From assembly GCF_023055435.1 (NCBI RefSeq), contig NW_025964223.1:49042001-49106000 (forward strand): 64,000 nucleotides of DNA, read 5' to 3'. Of this stretch, positions 39,432 to 51,503 are shown piece by piece (the first letter of the stretch is position 1; the number at the start of each line of letters is the position of its first letter). The translations under genes and the position numbers were made by a program. The stretch is from Haliotis rufescens (taxonomy: Eukaryota). Below the pieces are notes generated by a model that was not told the DNA's origin, ran no database searches, and worked only from the letters and a program-made list of their open reading frames with translations.

Positions 39432-42400
39432 TCATATTTGAGACAAATAATCACCAAGTTCACAATGTCCATGAGTTTCAGCATGACTGATACAATCATG
39501 GCCATTCAGGTCAATTGCTTTTCGGTTCGCTCCTGCACTTATCAATAAGTCTACCACTGCCCGATTTCCTTGTCTTGCAGCACACATCAATGGCGTCACA
39601 CCAAGCGTATTCGGAGCATTGACATGGAGACCCCTTTCAAGGAGCAGTTTGTGTGTCTCTATGCTGATATCTTGGATATCACATGCATAATGCAGCAAAT
39701 TAGACTTGGTGCCACTGCTGTCCAATGTACTGACAGAAGCATTTCGGGACAGCAAGAGGCTCAAAATGTTCACGTTGTCCTTGCTGATGGCATACATGAC
39801 TGGGGTCATGTTGTCATCATCCTCTTTATCAATATTTAGTCCATGATCAAGTAATTCATTTGGAATATGTGTGTCATTGGTGTCTGACATGCATGCTAAA
39901 TGCAAACAACTGGCGCCATGATCGGTTAAGCAGTGCAGATCAGCACCTTTAACAAGCAGTAGGTCAAATTGCTCCTTGTTACCACTCCTGCAAGCAGACA
40001 TGATTGGAGTATAGTCATGTGAACCTTTGGTGTTGATATCCAAACCACTGTCCAAAAGATATTCTGAGGTGGCAGTGTGACCACCAGATTTTGCGGCAAT
40101 GTGCAGGCACACGTCACCATTTTCATCGCTCACGTTGATGTCTGCGTCTCTTTCAACAAGAATGTTGACAACTTCACTTCGATCATCTCTGTTCTTGGAT
40201 ACACACATGAGAGGGGTTCTGTTGGTAGAATCACGAATATCAACAAACATGCCCAAATCAAGGAGTTTGGCACAACCCAATGCATTTCCAAACCATGCTG
40301 AAGTGTGGAGGGTTGTTTGCCCATGATTGTTTCGAATATTCATGTTTGCACCATGTTCAACAAGGAAGTCAACCATATCAAAGCATTTGGATTTAACTGC
40401 AAACATCAAGGGTGTCATGCCATTGCAGTCAATGTCATCAATGGGAATTATCTCCAACAACCGCTCTGCTATTTCCACGTGGCCACTGCGACATGCCACA
40501 TGAAGACACGTCTGTTCGAACTTATCTTTTGCTAAGATGTCTGCACCTTTTGACTGCAAATACTCCACAATATCAGTGTGACCATGAAAACATGCTGTCA
40601 TAACCGGTGTTCTATTTTTTGGGCCGCATTTGTTGATGTCTATTTTTGGAAAAGTTGATATAAGATACTCAACCATTTCAAGGCTACCCCCAATGCAAGC
40701 AGCATTAAGGCAACCATTTCCCAAATTGACATTGGCGTCTTTCGCCACCAAACATTTAACAAGGTTCAAATCCCCTTGTTTGCAAGCACGCATGACTGGG
40801 GTTTGGTAACTATTTGAACATGAGTTGACATTTTGACCTTTTTCCAGGCAAAGTTCAACCAAAGGCAATCTCCCGGATTGTACAGCCATATGCACACATG
40901 AGACCATTGAATGATCTTTTAGAGCTATGTCAGAACCATGTTCAATAAGCCAGTCTACCATGTCAGCATGGCCATTCTGCAATGCAAACATCAAAGGTGT
41001 TCGCCCTGTATCATTAGTACAATCAACAACGATTCCTGGATTTAAGGAAAGGAGCCATTCAGCTGTGGGAACATGCCCTTTCATCGCTGCAAGATGTAGG
41101 CAAGAAAAGCTTGTTTCATCCAAGACACTGGTATTTGCATGCCTGGCTACTAGTTTCTTGGCAGTTTCAAACTGCCCATTCCTGCAAGCATACATCAATG
41201 GGGTTCTGTTTCGCTGACCCGTCACTTCAATGTCCATTTTGCCTTCATCAAGAAGAATCTGAACAATTCTTATTTCACCCTTCACACATGCAAGATGAAG
41301 ACAGTTGTCTTTTTGGTCAATAGATGATACATCAGGATTTGGCAATGCTCCCTTCTCCAATAAGAGCTTCACAATATCCTCATGCCCATTGTATGAGGCA
41401 TACATCAGTGGCGTGCGTCCATGTTCACCACGTTTGTTGACATCCAACGTTTCTGCAATTAGGGATTTAGCTAAGTCAACAGACCCCCCTCGACATGTAA
41501 GGTGAAGGCAGTTGTCACCTTCTTCGTCCAACAATTCCGGATTGGCCCCTCGTTTGAGCAATGTTACAGCTAAGTCAGTATGACCAAGGTAGCTTGAATA
41601 CATGAGTGCTGTCATGTCATTGCCTCCCTTGACGTCAATTGGTGTACAAACCGTATCAAGGAGTAGTTCTACAATTTGAGTGAATCCATTTGCAGCTGCA
41701 ATATGAATCAACTTATCTTTGTTGTCCCCATGCATGCGGGGGGTTACTTTCTCGGGACCTACATCAGTTTTAGTGGGGCTGCATGCTGTGGATAGGCTGC
41801 GTACAAATTGCCTTGTTTCTTTTCTTATACCCAGGATATCCCCAACACTGACTGTTGCTATTTGGTCATAAAAAAAATCTGATTTAGCAACAAGTACCTG
41901 CAGAGAAGAAACATTCCCACTCAAGCAACAACCTAGATATCCTTCAAGGATTTCAGAAACTTCAAATGAAGTATGCTGAAACAAAGATTTGCTCACAGGA
42001 CCAATGCTAGCAAACGATGACCAGTATAAGAATCCAAGGCCATAACCCCTGTCATGGGAATGCAAAACTCCTTCAAAGTTCTCACGTCTTGAAAGATTTG
42101 AAAATAGACAGTCCACCATGCTTTCTAACATGAGACACTGATGTGACAAAGAAAGAGCAATATGACCATCAGTAATCTCCCGAGCAAGTCTCTCCACAAG
42201 CACCATGGCAGCATCTTGTTTAAGGTATATCATGAAGCTGGTGACATACCCACCACTGGGAGCCTCAGTCATGTAGTCTTCTGAAACCTTTGTCCTTTCA
42301 ATGATGAACTTGAGACTGCAGTTTTCAAGAATGAAGACAGGGTTCATGTCCCCCACAACAAATGACACAACATCATGGATAGTCGGATGACTAAACTTGA

Positions 42401-43390
42401 TGCAGTTTTTGTCAGATACCAAAAGCGTACGAATTTCGTTTTTGGCAGCTTCGCTTAAACGATGAGGATGAAGAATATCCGGCAGTATTTCTTGTACACT
42501 GGATAGCTTCTTCTCAAGTCCACTACTTTTTCGCTTTTCAGCACTCAACAAATTGATCAAGTTCAGTGTTCCATCATTGAGCACCATAAGCAGGAGCACA
42601 GCTGCTCCGTAGTTTGGATCCTCGGAGATGAATATGTTGCTTATTAAGTCATGTAAATACGTCCAGGGCTCCTTGAAGAATTGCACGGCCTATTCCTGTG
42701 AAGACCAATTGTCCACAAACAACTGACAGATATATGGAAATCCCAGTGTCCTGTATTTTAAATGTGCGATGTGTTCTACATCGACAGAAGTAACGCTTAT
42801 GCACCCTTTTCTCACATGTTTGCGAAGTATGTTTTCTTTTTCACGATCTTTCAACTCTGTTATGGTTAGATCGGCAATAGTGCTGAATCTAAACAAGGAT
42901 GTTCTGTATTTCTGTAACATCGTGGAGACAATGGGGTGTTTGGAAATGTTTGTCCTACTGCACATGATAATTTTGAGATTTCCTGAGATGTCATCACTTT
43001 TATATTTATCTCCAATTTGTCTTTTAGTCCTCTTTTCATCTAACCGTTTGAAGTGTGTTTCCAAATAATTGAATATATTTGTACAGCGAACCCTAATTTC
43101 TGATGTTGGAGAAAATCTACCAAACACGTCATCAAGAACAAGCAATGTTGGTTCACTCAAATTGACGTATTCTTCAACTTTAAAACTTGTCACTTCATCC
43201 ACAAATTTCACCTTGTATTTCTGCTTTCTGTATGTACCCATTATGTAAAGAGCCATAGTTGTTTTTCCTGATCCCGGTGATCCAGTAATGAGAACATGTC
43301 CATGGTGAGCCAGAGCATCACAAACATTCAGGTAAGCATCCGTTTTTACAAAGATGTCTTTTGCAGATTTCAACCTCTCATTAACCATAT
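39432..43390 (-). pseudogene. NLR-like STAND NTPase + ~23 ankyrin repeats, copy B, main exon with a single in-frame TAG (42690-42692)
   Basis: ORFs 42690..43388 and 39432..42686 are in the same frame (NWSSQE*AVQFF). GSPGSGKT, LLVLDDVFG and LGFP are present, and the exon is otherwise intact. Could be a null allele, recoded, or a consensus error. Confidence 0.85.
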
Positions 43391-43552
43391 CTGTAAGGCA
43401 AAAATGAATCTATAATTTAAACAGCAACACCTTGAACCACAAAGTACAAACAGTCAGAAAAGCATATGTGTGGTTGGATATTTGTTAGATTTACAATGGC
43501 TATAGTATATCTTGACACAATAATATGTACGGATTTGGGAGAGTAGGTATAC

Positions 43553-43645
43553 CTGGAAGTTCACCATCACCGCTGACAGTTGTCCCTTGTGAAATGTTCA
43601 GGTTGCCAATAAAGTTCACAATGTTCAAATTTTCAAAATGTACAC
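43553..43645 (-). CDS. Copy B coding exon 3 (93 nt), amyloid-like motif
   Basis: gttttag| ... ccag|gtatac, phase 1-1. Encodes GVHFENLNIVNFIGNLNISQGTTVSGDGELP. Same length and phase as 63349-63441. Confidence 0.8.
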
Positions 43646-44339
43646 CTAAAACAGAAAATACAAGAGAAAACAATTATTCATTCAAAAACATCAGGATTGT
43701 TATTCATGTGTACACGGATAATCAATATACGTAATATGTTATATGTTCCTGGTAAACAATTGTAAAATGTCATATCTTAAGCTGCCATTGCTGACCCTAC
43801 TTTTCGTGTATTTTCGTGTATTTTGTATGCAACACTCACCATCGGGAATTGACGCCAATGAGCATTCTGCCAGTGGTTGCTGTATTTCTGAAAATCAAAT
43901 AATGTTGTAAATCGTCTGACATAGACCCAATATACGCAACCAGAAAGGCTGCCGGATCTCAAAGTTGACAACGTATCAGTGATACTGTTACAGAGGTAAA
44001 CAATTTCCATAAAAAATAATAATGAAGAGTCCATTGCACGAGCCCGACTATATCATGAGTATGTGTCAGTGCATCACTATCAAATTTGCTGTTGAAAAGA
44101 TTGGGATAAAGTTTCATGAACACTATACACTTCCCACTATACAAGCGTACATATACAAAAATAACGAAGCGTAGAAAGACGCGTTGAGATATTTTAAATG
44201 ACATATTATTTGACTGTATCATGAAAATAGGACGAAGCTAATTATATCTCTTGGTGATATGTTCATATTTCATATTAACTGAACAAAAAGCAAACATTAA
44301 TTCAATCCTCAGTGTGTGATAAACTGTTTCTACAAGAAC

Positions 44340-44487
44340 CTTCACGGTTGATCTCTCGAGGCCCAATGTTCTCGACATATGTTATCCTCCGTCGTACAGG
44401 GTGTGCTGTATCCTCTGACTGACCATTGTCTGTTTGAGATAGCATGACTGACCCTCCAGTTGTGTCTTCATATCCTGAAGGTTGATC
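44340..44487 (-). CDS. Copy B coding exon 2 (148 nt)
   Basis: tcctgcag| DQPSGYEDTT...YVENIGPREINRE, phase 0-1. The end is homologous to copy C's EQKIGPPQITHP. The donor gttctt is weak. Confidence 0.7.
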
Positions 44488-44514
44488 CTGCAGGATAAAA
44501 GTAGCACACGTTAA

Positions 44515-44790
44515 TGGTTGGTTGGTTGGTTGGTTTGTTGTTTAATGCCGCACTCAGCAATATTCCAGCTATATGACGGCGGTCTGTAAATAATCGAGTC
44601 TGGACCAGACAATCCAGTGATTAATATCATGAGCATCGATCCATGCAATTGGGATCGATGACATGCATCAACCAAGTCACCTTGCCTGACCACCCGATCC
44701 CGTTAGTCGCCTTTTACGACAAGCATAGTCACCTTGTACGGCAAGCATGGGTTGCTGAAGACCTATTCTACCCCGGAATCTTCACGGGTC
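44515..44790 (-). mobile_element. SINE family B, near full length, intronic
   Basis: Head cccgtgaagattccggggtagaatagg on the minus strand, tail plus (aacc)n. Confidence 0.9.
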
Positions 44791-44981
44791 CACACATTAA
44801 TGGAACAGAAGCATTTATCAAATGTTTTACAACAATTTGTAACGCATGCCTTCATTTATGGTTTCTGTTAGTAGGTTCAGTCGTACAAAATAAGCCGTGT
44901 TCATCATGTCTATAACCGTATCAACGTGATGCCATCTTTCTATTGTTTTCGTTAAAAGGATAGAATATTTCCATGTCCTAC

Positions 44982-45023
44982 CTGATCACTATCATTAGGA
45001 CCGCTGCCCCCACTTTCTGCCAT
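44982..45023 (-). CDS. Copy B coding exon 1
   Basis: tttaacag|accaacaATGGCA has a good Kozak context. Encodes MAESGGSGPNDSDQ, then |gtagga, phase 0. Confidence 0.7.
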
Positions 45024-45099
45024 TGTTGGTCTGTTAAATGAAATTGAGAAAAGGTTCAGTGTTAATTATGGATACAGTACGTTACTCGAAACACAAACA

Positions 45100-45350
45100 C
45101 ATGGCTGCAAGTATGGGCGTCAGGTTGTCAGAGAGATAAAAGATGTCAAAAACGTTTTAAGGTAGACATGTAGAGGGTTTTTCCTAATGTGACGCATCAG
45201 TGACCGAAATGATTTCCAGTGCAATTCCCTACACTTACTTATACATTTATATGTAAATGGGGTTCTTGAGGCGAGCACTTGCCTTTGCATGTGTTTGTGA
45301 CGGGTGCGGGATACGCTAACGTTTTCGCAAACATCTGGTATCACCACTAT
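45100..45350 (-). repeat. Dispersed repeat, inverted homolog of ~53380-53600
   Basis: Shared gcgaaaa(c/t)gttagcgtatcc...cacccg(t/c)cacaaacacat...aggcaagt...ggtcactgatgcgtca. Confidence 0.7.
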
Positions 45351-45519
45351 TTAATAATGATTTATTAACACATGTTTATGATACAGTCGGAGTCGTAGAA
45401 TGGACTCTGCTTTTAACAGAGATTTCTTATGATTATGGGAAGGGTATTTTCGCTTTTATTTCTATTTATGGTGGATAAGGAGGACAATTGCTTTATCGAC
45501 ATAACTTCTACCCGATTTT

Positions 45520-45812
45520 GCGATATTGTGACGTGATAGTAAAATGTGACAGTTATACTTAGGTCCGACAGTGTGATGGTAAAATGTGACAGTGATATTG
45601 CGATGCGAAAGCGCGATCGTGAAATGTGACAGTGATATTGCGACGCGACAGAGCGTTAGTAAAATGTGACAGATATATTGCGGTGCGACCTAGCGGTAGT
45701 AAAATGTGGCAATGATATTGCGATGCCACAGAGCGATAGTAAAACGTAACAATGATAATACATAGCGACAGAGCGAAAGTAAAATACGAGAAAGTTGATA
45801 TTGCGATGCGAT
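45520..45812. repeat. Degenerate ~40-bp minisatellite (~7 copies)
   Basis: Unit is approximately gtaaaatgtgacagtgatattgcgatgcgacagagcgata. Confidence 0.8.
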
Positions 45813-47029
45813 ATCAGATACCTATCACAGGAGTGAGTCAGCATGGATGTAGCAATGTCACGGCAGCGGACACCCAAAATAGCTATGATTGGACACTAAA
45901 GGCAATAACCCTCTCGATAATCATACCTGCATTCAACACACATTCTGTACATACAAATACACGGTGTTGGGGAGACAGATACTTCCGCAATGTGAGGTAA
46001 GCTTAGTATACATGTTTGTTGTCATCTTGGTGTCGAAAAAACCCACTTCCGTTTAACCGATGTATAAGCTTTTTCCGAATGAAACAGTATAATTGATGAA
46101 AAACATCTTTAGATTTTAAACACATATCTGAAAATATTCAGGATATTCATATGTGTAGGCCTCTAAACGCGATTATATTACATCATGGGTGAAAGACAAT
46201 CTTAATACGGTTTAAAATGGAAGGTGCCACATGATGTTAAAGGGAAAGAGTACACACAACATTGGAACATGTCGAAGGAAACGAAAATGGGATTGTTATG
46301 TTTCTTTCATTATGGGTAAACACATTTTTTGCACCCAAGTTAACGCACAACCCACGTAACGGAAATCCGATATCTTATGACCCTAAAACAATGTGTTCGA
46401 CGAACGACAATTTCAGTACATGAATGATCGGCCTTTCATATGAATAACAATCGTGCCAACAATTGCGAACGTATTGATCTGTTCTTTGAAAGTGACGTAT
46501 TCGTTCACCTTAAAATTTGCGAAGCTTACTTTGGAGCAAATACTTATGATAAGGCTAAGATAAAATGTTGCAAAAGATTCTGCATATCAGATTTCATAAT
46601 GACACATGCAAAAATAGATCAGTTACGGCCAAACATTACATTTCCATTTGTCCGCCATGGCGGCTATGTTTAAAATAGGATCGGAATTCTGTGAGCACTA
46701 TTTAGAGAAATCACAGATGACAGTGCATTACAGATTGCATATAAAGGGAAGTAACTGCGTGACATAAATTGTTTTGCACTCTATTACAACAGTATGTGGC
46801 AGAACATACAACATGTATTGTGCATATGAAGTAACAGCTTAGCTACATTATTCTTGTGTTCGATAGTCGGAACGGTATCTATGTCCTTTATACATGGTTT
46901 CAAAGCAAGACTGAAAGGCTCTCATGATTGTACACCTAATCATGCATACACTCACACATATTATGAATGACTGATGATTAATAAAGTGATGATCTCCCGG
47001 GATCAACGAAAGACAACAAAAGCTATACA

Positions 47030-47600
47030 TAATATTGGGGAAAATGGTTGACAGTATGCTAGTTCCAACATTGTATTATGGTGCTGAAATGTGGGAAAGT
47101 TCATACACAAAAATAATAGAACGTATGCAGATTTTATTCTACAAATGATTTGAAAAAACAACTTCCAATGACATAGTTCTTGGGAAGTGAGGCAGATTCC
47201 CTCTACAATTTACCTACATTCCAAGAGCAATAAAATACTGGAATAAATAAATTAGCCTCAACAATAATAGACAGCCATATCGGCATCATGCTTAAATCTC
47301 TTGATGCTGCTGGAACATACACAGGTGCTACTCCAATTAAGATTTTTTTACTTCACATAGAATGTAGTAGAGTCTATATTCAGCAAGATATAGGTAATGC
47401 TGAAATGTTTTATGTGTATTTCAACACAGGCTCTCAGATACTTGATAACAAGAATCGCGCATTCATATTTGGAAAGTTAATATAAGTACAACAACTACCA
47501 ACGACATAAATCACTGCTCAATGTTGAATCATATCTAGCAACAAACATACCTCAATATATAAAGTGGCATTTATCAAAATTTAGGTGTAATAACTTGAGA
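47030..47600 (+). mobile_element. Decayed CR1/L2-like LINE ORF2 3' fragment
   Basis: DSMLVPTLYYGAEMW...IERMQ...GRFPL...RAIKYW, with stops and frameshifts. Confidence 0.65.
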
Positions 47601-49417
47601 TAGGAAGACAGCCGAGTTCTAATTGTGGCAGATTAATCGTGAGTGTGTAGAATTTTCGGTAACAACCGAAAACAGTGGTTAATCCTTTTTCTCCCATAAC
47701 AATACGCCATAAAAAGTCGAGCTCGTAGTTGAAGATTTCCCGTGTTTAGAAACCACTCGGGATTTCCCCCAGCCTCGTTTTCGAATATGCTCAGTAAGAC
47801 AACTGCACCATAAACAGGTAAAAAGGATCTCGCGCAGACAACCCACACGAGTTTTCCCGTGACAGGCAAGCCACTTGTTAGCATTCATGTTATGTTTTTC
47901 GTTAACTATTAACAGCTGATTGGAGTAACGTTTTGAGAATTAGTAAAGTGATTTGATATTGTTAATGGTTCTGGATTACTCGGCCCATAACTTTATTTGT
48001 ATTTGTCTCGCCGTGACTATCATTCTCAATGCGCAACACTAAATAGGCCCACCTTTTTAGTGTATGTAAATACGTTATTCGTTTATTTGTCCGCTAGAAA
48101 CAAATGTTATAAACCCAATTAAGAGGAAATTAAATATTCTCTTAAATATTGTGAAATATTGTTAACGGAAAACAAGGGCCCAAGGAACTGTCAGCAGGAT
48201 TGATCAGGCACGATTCTATTAATACCAACTCAGGCATCTGATCAGCTGATTACTGCTAGGTAAATCTTCTCAAATCCATCAATGGATTGTAATATTTTTT
48301 AACGAATTTTCCTCTTTAAAACTAATTTTGCAGTGAATAATTTGATAGGTAAAATGATGATTATTTCATGTCATCTTTTTTTTGTTTTTTTGTTGTTCCT
48401 TAACATGGTGAGCACATGTGTTTTTATCATATAAAAGAAATAAACTTATTCAGTGGACAAATTTTCTTTTGAACATAATATTTAACATCAAAACATGTGA
48501 ATGACAAGGAACAATGTGAATTTGACAAGCACAATACTTTATTGTGTGTGAAAAATAAATACATAGGATGTATGTAAACAATAAATTATCATTTCAATAG
48601 TTTTCAATAGTTTGAGTTTCAATATTTGCCTTTTAATACCCTTGTAATGTTACATTGTTTTTTTTACTGCAACAGTTACCTCCAAATTTTATTCTTTCTT
48701 ATTTTATCAGAAATAAAGACTTACTGGTGATAGGTAATTTAAAATTAACATTTTCTTCTTTTTATCTTCATGAAAACAAGACTCATAATAAATATATATT
48801 TTAGTGACCTGTTCATATATGAATTTTTGTAAAAAGTATTAAAATTAAAATAAGACATTGCTAATGTTAAGAAATGAGGTTTATGGTGAAATATTATAAG
48901 ACGACCTCTTGTTGGTCATTTCTGTCATCACCCATAAATTTGAGTTTTTCTTTACTTACCATGTTCTGAAAATTTACACATTACACATTAGAATAATTTA
49001 AGGTCTCTGATTAAAATAACGCAACATCTTTCCACTCTCAGGCAGCCAATTAGATTATGTGAAAAAAATAAACCACTGTAAACCTTCTAATGGGAGAAAC
49101 AATAATATTCCTCATGATGAGAGATAATGTGAATTTTGTTGAAAGAAAATTGTCGTTTGTGAAAGATTAATACAATGTGATTATATGCGAACGCTGCTCC
49201 CGTCAAGAAACATATGCATCCATATTACACAGACTATAATAATTATCAACCTCATGATATCAACTGACAGACTTTCTATATATAATCGGAACGATATTTA
49301 GCTAAAGTTTTTTTAATGCAAAACGAGACAAAACTGATATAATATAAACACCCGTGTATGCAGGATATGAAGTTTTAAATGGTATTGTTATGTGTGCCGA
49401 TGACCTTTATTACTGAA

Positions 49418-49558
49418 NNNNNNNNNNNNNNNNNNNNNNNNNNNNNNNNNNNNNNNNNNNNNNNNNNNNNNNNNNNNNNNNNNNNNNNNNNNNNNNNNNN
49501 NNNNNNNNNNNNNNNNNNNNNNNNNNNNNNNNNNNNNNNNNNNNNNNNNNNNNNNNNN
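49418..49558. other. Assembly gap (141 N)
   Basis: Run of N. Confidence 1.
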
Positions 49559-51359
49559 GACCTCCAAGTCACGATATTATTTCATAGGTCGTTGTATTGT
49601 TATTAAATGATAACATAAATGGTCAATGCAATAATCTGTCTATATTATCCACCGAAATGATAAGATATACTTACAGTGGATGTATGCAGCGGATATAAAC
49701 CCATCTAGCTATCATAGGTCTACCAGAGAAACACAACTGCACTGACAACAACGAGAATACACAGTCTGTCCGTCAGACGCAGTTCGCGGAAATGAGACCT
49801 GCTTTCGTTGAAATACCAGGTTACCTTGACCTAAAAGTCACATAAATCGCTGCGGTTAAACAGCGCAGTGACACCATGTCAATGCCGACCTGACACCTCG
49901 AGCGTGACATATACTAGGCTGTTAATATAATAGATGCGTTTAGAGATGAACAGATTCTCGCTGTATATAACGGACACCCTATGATACCGAAATAAAATAC
50001 CGACGATAAATGTCGTAACGTAATACCACTAGTGCTATGGACATGCACATCTGACGATGTGTACATATTATACAGTTCAATGACGACATCAGCACGAGCA
50101 TCGTTCAGGTAAGAGCATCTTCTCATTTGGATATGTTTCAATTCCAAAAGGAATTAGATGTTCATAGTGCATGCGTGTAAATTGTGTTTGTGGTATTTTG
50201 GGTCTCTCCGCTTTGTAACACATGTAGGATTTAAGTATGAATTTGAAAGATTTTTTTCGAATATCCTTGTTAGTTACCGCATGGTCATTAATGTCTGTGT
50301 GATCGTGTACGGCATGGCGTCTGCAATGTAGGAATATAATGGGCAGGGGGGGAGGAAAAGGTTTTCTTTCGAGACAATATATTTCGTAGTAATTAAATTC
50401 GACATAGATGATCGACTGTCAGAATTTCTTTCGAAATCAAGATAAATATCTATTTTTTCATCATAAACTGAAACTGAATTTAACATGAGCTGTGCGAGGA
50501 ACACGGGCAGTAAACATTCGTCAACATGTCAGCTATATCGCCGCTTGGGCACCAGCAATCCTATTACTGTCACGCAAGCATGGATGCGCTCGGGCTATGA
50601 CAGTGTTTTCTAAGCTGTAGGTCTACTCATCACCTTAATAAAGTCGTGAAATTTGGATAATGCACATTATTAAGACCGTTGTTTCTTGACGTGATAATGA
50701 CAGCCAGAATCAAAATAAACCTTGCACATATCATAATGTGTTATACCAACTACCAGTTAATGATCCTTCCTTTGGGAATTTATGCATATATGATTCATAA
50801 CGTATTTGTAACTTTTCTTACCTCTGTTCAGACAATTCCTTCCTGTATTTTTCGCTGAAGACGATTCTAGATGTTTATATTGAATGCTGCACACGGCTGT
50901 GGGGGAACCCCGCTTGGGAAATTTACATTATACTGAGCATGCGCCACAGTCGATCACATGACCAGTGTGTACGAAGTGACAGTTAAATGGCAACAGCAAC
51001 CGTGAAACATTCAGGGATGTTGTGCACCCTATTAGTATTACATACTTTTAAAAGCAGTTGAAATCACTTGCATAACGGGTGTTATATTGTCCGTATATCA
51101 AAATAAACGCATTGTTTTACATTATGCTAAATTTTAAAACTCTGTATCCTATCTTTACATACATCTATACACCTTATTCTATATTTGGGGTTTATATATT
51201 TCATTTGGAAAATATTTTGTAAATACTGAAAAACAGATTTTACGAAAAGTGATTTCCCCCCAAAATGATTGTTTATTGATTGCCCAGAAAAATGTGTTGT
51301 GTGTTTTCAAATAAATTGTTTGACGCCTCCCTCTTTGAGAAAAGATTTCTTCTTGGTGG

Positions 51360-51503
51360 GGTAGCGGTGGAGTAGCCCAGTTGTTAAAGCGATTCCCCAC
51401 ATTGGTACCATGTGTAAAGCCCTTTTCTGGTGTCCCCCACCGTGATATTGATGAAATGTTGCTAAAAGCGGCGTAAAGCCCAACTCACTCACTCACTCAC
51501 TCA
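51360..51503 (+). mobile_element. SINE family A copy (internal deletion)
   Basis: Head fragment, body and (actc)n tail. Confidence 0.8.

Noticed and set aside
22931-45023. The spliced models of A and B both total 4242 nt
   Set aside because: A's longer N-terminus happens to offset its shorter ankyrin array. No mechanism is evident and the result depends on hand-made exon calls.
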